From an uncultured virus (IMG/VR IMGVR_UViG_3300015610_001396) (taxonomy: Duplodnaviria; Heunggongvirae; Uroviricota; Caudoviricetes), in the IMG/VR virus record IMGVR_UViG_3300015610_001396, positions 62,001 through 86,440 of that record: 24,440 nucleotides of DNA. One strand, written 5' to 3'. Shown here in pieces: positions 22,641 to 24,440 of the stretch; position 1 is the stretch's first letter; every line of letters begins with the position of its first letter. The notes below the pieces were generated by a model. The model did no database searches. It saw only the letters and a program-made list of their open reading frames with translations, and was not told where the DNA came from. The position numbers and the translations under genes were made by a program.

Positions 22641-22810
22641 GTTGCAATCTTGTGCCAATAGGCCCGTTTAGTGGGTGCACACAAGTCGCGGATCCAATTA
22701 TCAGACTTGACCCATTCAATCCCCGGGTGCATCGACCAGTGCAATCTATCGCTGGGCGAGCCCACTTTAGGAGCCGGCCTCATACCTGTGGTGGCGTAGA
22801 GGACTTTCAC
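22637..22810 (-). CDS. array microprotein (57 aa), SDxW family
   Basis: Contains LHWSMHPGIEWVKSDNW; GTGA overlap with the upstream gene. Confidence 0.8.
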   Translation of the reverse strand: MKVLYATTGMRPAPKVGSPSDRLHWSMHPGIEWVKSDNWIRDLCAPTKRAYWHKIAT

Positions 22811-23688
22811 AGCGTCAACACATCAGCAGTCTGCTTCTCGATCATCGCGTCGCTGATCTGCTTGCGCAGAAGCTCCAGGTTGGTGCCGAGCAGCTTCTCG
22901 TACATGACGATCTTGTTGATGCCCGCCTCGGCTTCCGCTGCAGCCTTCTCCAAGGTCGACGCGCGGGGCCCATACTTCCCAGGCTCCTTCTCGGTGGAGA
23001 GCGCCTTGCGGCGAATCTCCATGGTGTCCTGAGCGAGCTTGGCGGCTTCCTCCCCGAGCGCGGCGATCACGGCAGCCACAGCGTCGGGTCCGTCCATCGC
23101 GGGGATCTGAAAAATGCTCACCGTGGGAAAGCACTTCACGATGTCGAGCCAGCGCTGCTTGGTCTCCGGGGGCACGAAGTACACGCCGCCAGCGGCGCGC
23201 AGCCCCAGGCCGTTGATGGCCGGCGAGCGAACGATACGGGCCAGGAAGCTGCCCACGGCAGAGCTGTCCAGGGTGCCCCAGATGCGATCGAACTGATCCT
23301 GCAGCATCTCCTCATCGAAGATGTCGCGCTGCTCAGCCATGTCCTTGTAGTGGAGCTTGCCCTCCGAATCGGCAGACACGCACCACAGGCAGTGGTAGTC
23401 GCTGGAGTTTTTGCTGCCGGTGTGGCGGTACAGGCCGATGGTGCCTGAGGGCTCTCCCTTCACTGGCATCACCTTCGTCATACCACCACGCGTGGTGTGA
23501 GATGCCTCCAGCGCAGTCGTGAGAACCTTACCTGGGGACATACGAGCGGGAAGTGCATCGGCCCCGACCAGCGAACGCGCGGTAAGTGCCTGGCAAGTGA
23601 AATCGTAATGAACACTGCCCTGGATGCTCCAGTAGGTGACGATGCCGCAGGCGGGGGTGTTGTCCTTGACAGCGATGATCTGGGTCAT
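22807..23688 (-). CDS. DUF6744-like phage protein (293 aa)
   Basis: G.VTYWSI N-terminus, LRAAGGVYFVP motif and helical C-terminus, recalled from this family; AAGGGA RBS; ATGA overlap. Confidence 0.6.
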   Translation of the reverse strand: MTQIIAVKDNTPACGIVTYWSIQGSVHYDFTCQALTARSLVGADALPARMSPGKVLTTALEASHTTRGGMTKVMPVKGEPSGTIGLYRHTGSKNSSDYHCLWCVSADSEGKLHYKDMAEQRDIFDEEMLQDQFDRIWGTLDSSAVGSFLARIVRSPAINGLGLRAAGGVYFVPPETKQRWLDIVKCFPTVSIFQIPAMDGPDAVAAVIAALGEEAAKLAQDTMEIRRKALSTEKEPGKYGPRASTLEKAAAEAEAGINKIVMYEKLLGTNLELLRKQISDAMIEKQTADVLTL

Positions 23689-23906
23689 GGTGGTTGTTCC
23701 CTTGGACACGTTGAAATGAAAGCGAGCCGCTGCTGCTCAAGCGCATCAAGAGCAGCCTGCACACGCAGATCATGCTTGCGTGCGCGTTCAGGAAAGAGCT
23801 CTCCACGACAGTGCTCAAAGCACCAGTGGCAGAGGCCTCGGTAGATTGTGTTTGTGATGGGACAGTCGAGTTGGCTGTCTTGGCACGCGGCGCAGTGGCA
23901 TTTCAT
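23685..23906 (-). CDS. small Cys-rich (zinc-finger-like) protein (73 aa)
   Basis: CxCxxC...C...CxxCxxxC pattern; ATGA coupling at both ends. Confidence 0.65.
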   Translation of the reverse strand: MKCHCAACQDSQLDCPITNTIYRGLCHWCFEHCRGELFPERARKHDLRVQAALDALEQQRLAFISTCPREQPP

Positions 23907-24085
23907 GTGTGAAGAGCCCAGGTCACATCCACAAAATACTCATCAGTCACTAGATGGGATCCTGGTGGGCCCCAAGAATACCCCCAGCGCCGCACCTCTC
24001 CTAGTACGCGCAGCCGCCCGCGGGCTGCTAGCACCTGGCGCGCAGCCCTCAGCGTGGACCATTTTACGATGGTTAGGCATTTCAT
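23903..24085 (-). CDS. micro-ORF (60 aa, MKCLTIVKW...)
   Basis: TAAGGAG RBS; YSWGPPGSHLVTDEY loosely resembles the array motif. Confidence 0.6.
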   Translation of the reverse strand: MKCLTIVKWSTLRAARQVLAARGRLRVLGEVRRWGYSWGPPGSHLVTDEYFVDVTWALHT

Positions 24086-24101
24086 GTGAGCAGTGCGCTC
24101 C

Positions 24102-24278
24102 TTATTGCTGACCACAAGACTTGCTTATGGGCAGCAGAAAGATCGCGGTCGCCTCAAGATTAGCAAAGCATCTGCCAGGTGGCGTGACGATCATCCCCTT
24201 CAACCATGAGCGTATCTGCCGGTCTTGCCCACCGCCAATCCCATGTGGACGGATGGCGCGCCAGATCGGTTGACGCAT
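24102..24278 (-). CDS. micro-ORF (58 aa, MRQPIWRA...)
   Basis: Open frame whose TAA stop merges into the next RBS. Confidence 0.4.
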   Translation of the reverse strand: MRQPIWRAIRPHGIGGGQDRQIRSWLKGMIVTPPGRCFANLEATAIFLLPISKSCGQQ

Positions 24279-24440
24279 AGCTGACTGACTGGGATCGTTG
24301 GCGATCTACAATGATTATCCGCATGGCAAACGCTCGTGTCGGATGGATCGCGTTCTCCAGAAATACGGATGACTGGTCTTGCTGCCCAATAGGTATGACA
24401 GGCCAAACGAAGCCCGCATAGGAACAATCCTGCTGGTCGG

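Noticed and set aside
19243..22810. Array interpreted as CRISPR, guide-RNA array or integron cassettes
   Set aside because: No conserved nucleotide repeat, attC-like site or Cas/integrase gene in the window; conservation is at the amino-acid level with synonymous variation
19243..22810. Diversity-generating retroelement as the source of variation
   Set aside because: No reverse transcriptase and no TR/VR pair differing only at adenines in this window
24279..24440. Candidate ORFs at the right edge
   Set aside because: Several frames are partly open and the window is truncated, so no frame can be chosen

Overview
This window looks like part of a tailed-phage (or prophage) genome, with almost all genes on the minus strand. 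It covers the DNA replication and recombination module: SbcD/gp47-like nuclease, RusA-like resolvase, gp32-like SSB, UvsY-like mediator, family A DNA polymerase with an N-terminal UDG-like domain, HIRAN protein, primase, DnaB-like helicase and an SF2 helicase. It also has an orphan beta-class DNA methyltransferase (the only convincing plus-strand gene), two tRNAs (one with a truncated D-arm), an AT-hook protein, an ArsR-like HTH protein, a sigma region-2 protein and a separate sigma region-4-like protein. The main finding is mostly missing from the supplied ORF track. Hand translation shows about 35 minus-strand micro-ORFs, mostly 40-70 aa, packed between the core genes. They include a near gap-free tandem array of 19 (19243-22810, interrupted only by the sigma gene). 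At least 11 of the 19 share the motif L-x-W-S-M-x-x-G-x(3-4)-[KR]-S-D-x-W while being otherwise highly divergent. I interpret this as an amplified, diversifying microprotein family that I do not recognise. The host may be a myxobacterium (inference only). All family calls come from motif recognition, not database searches.
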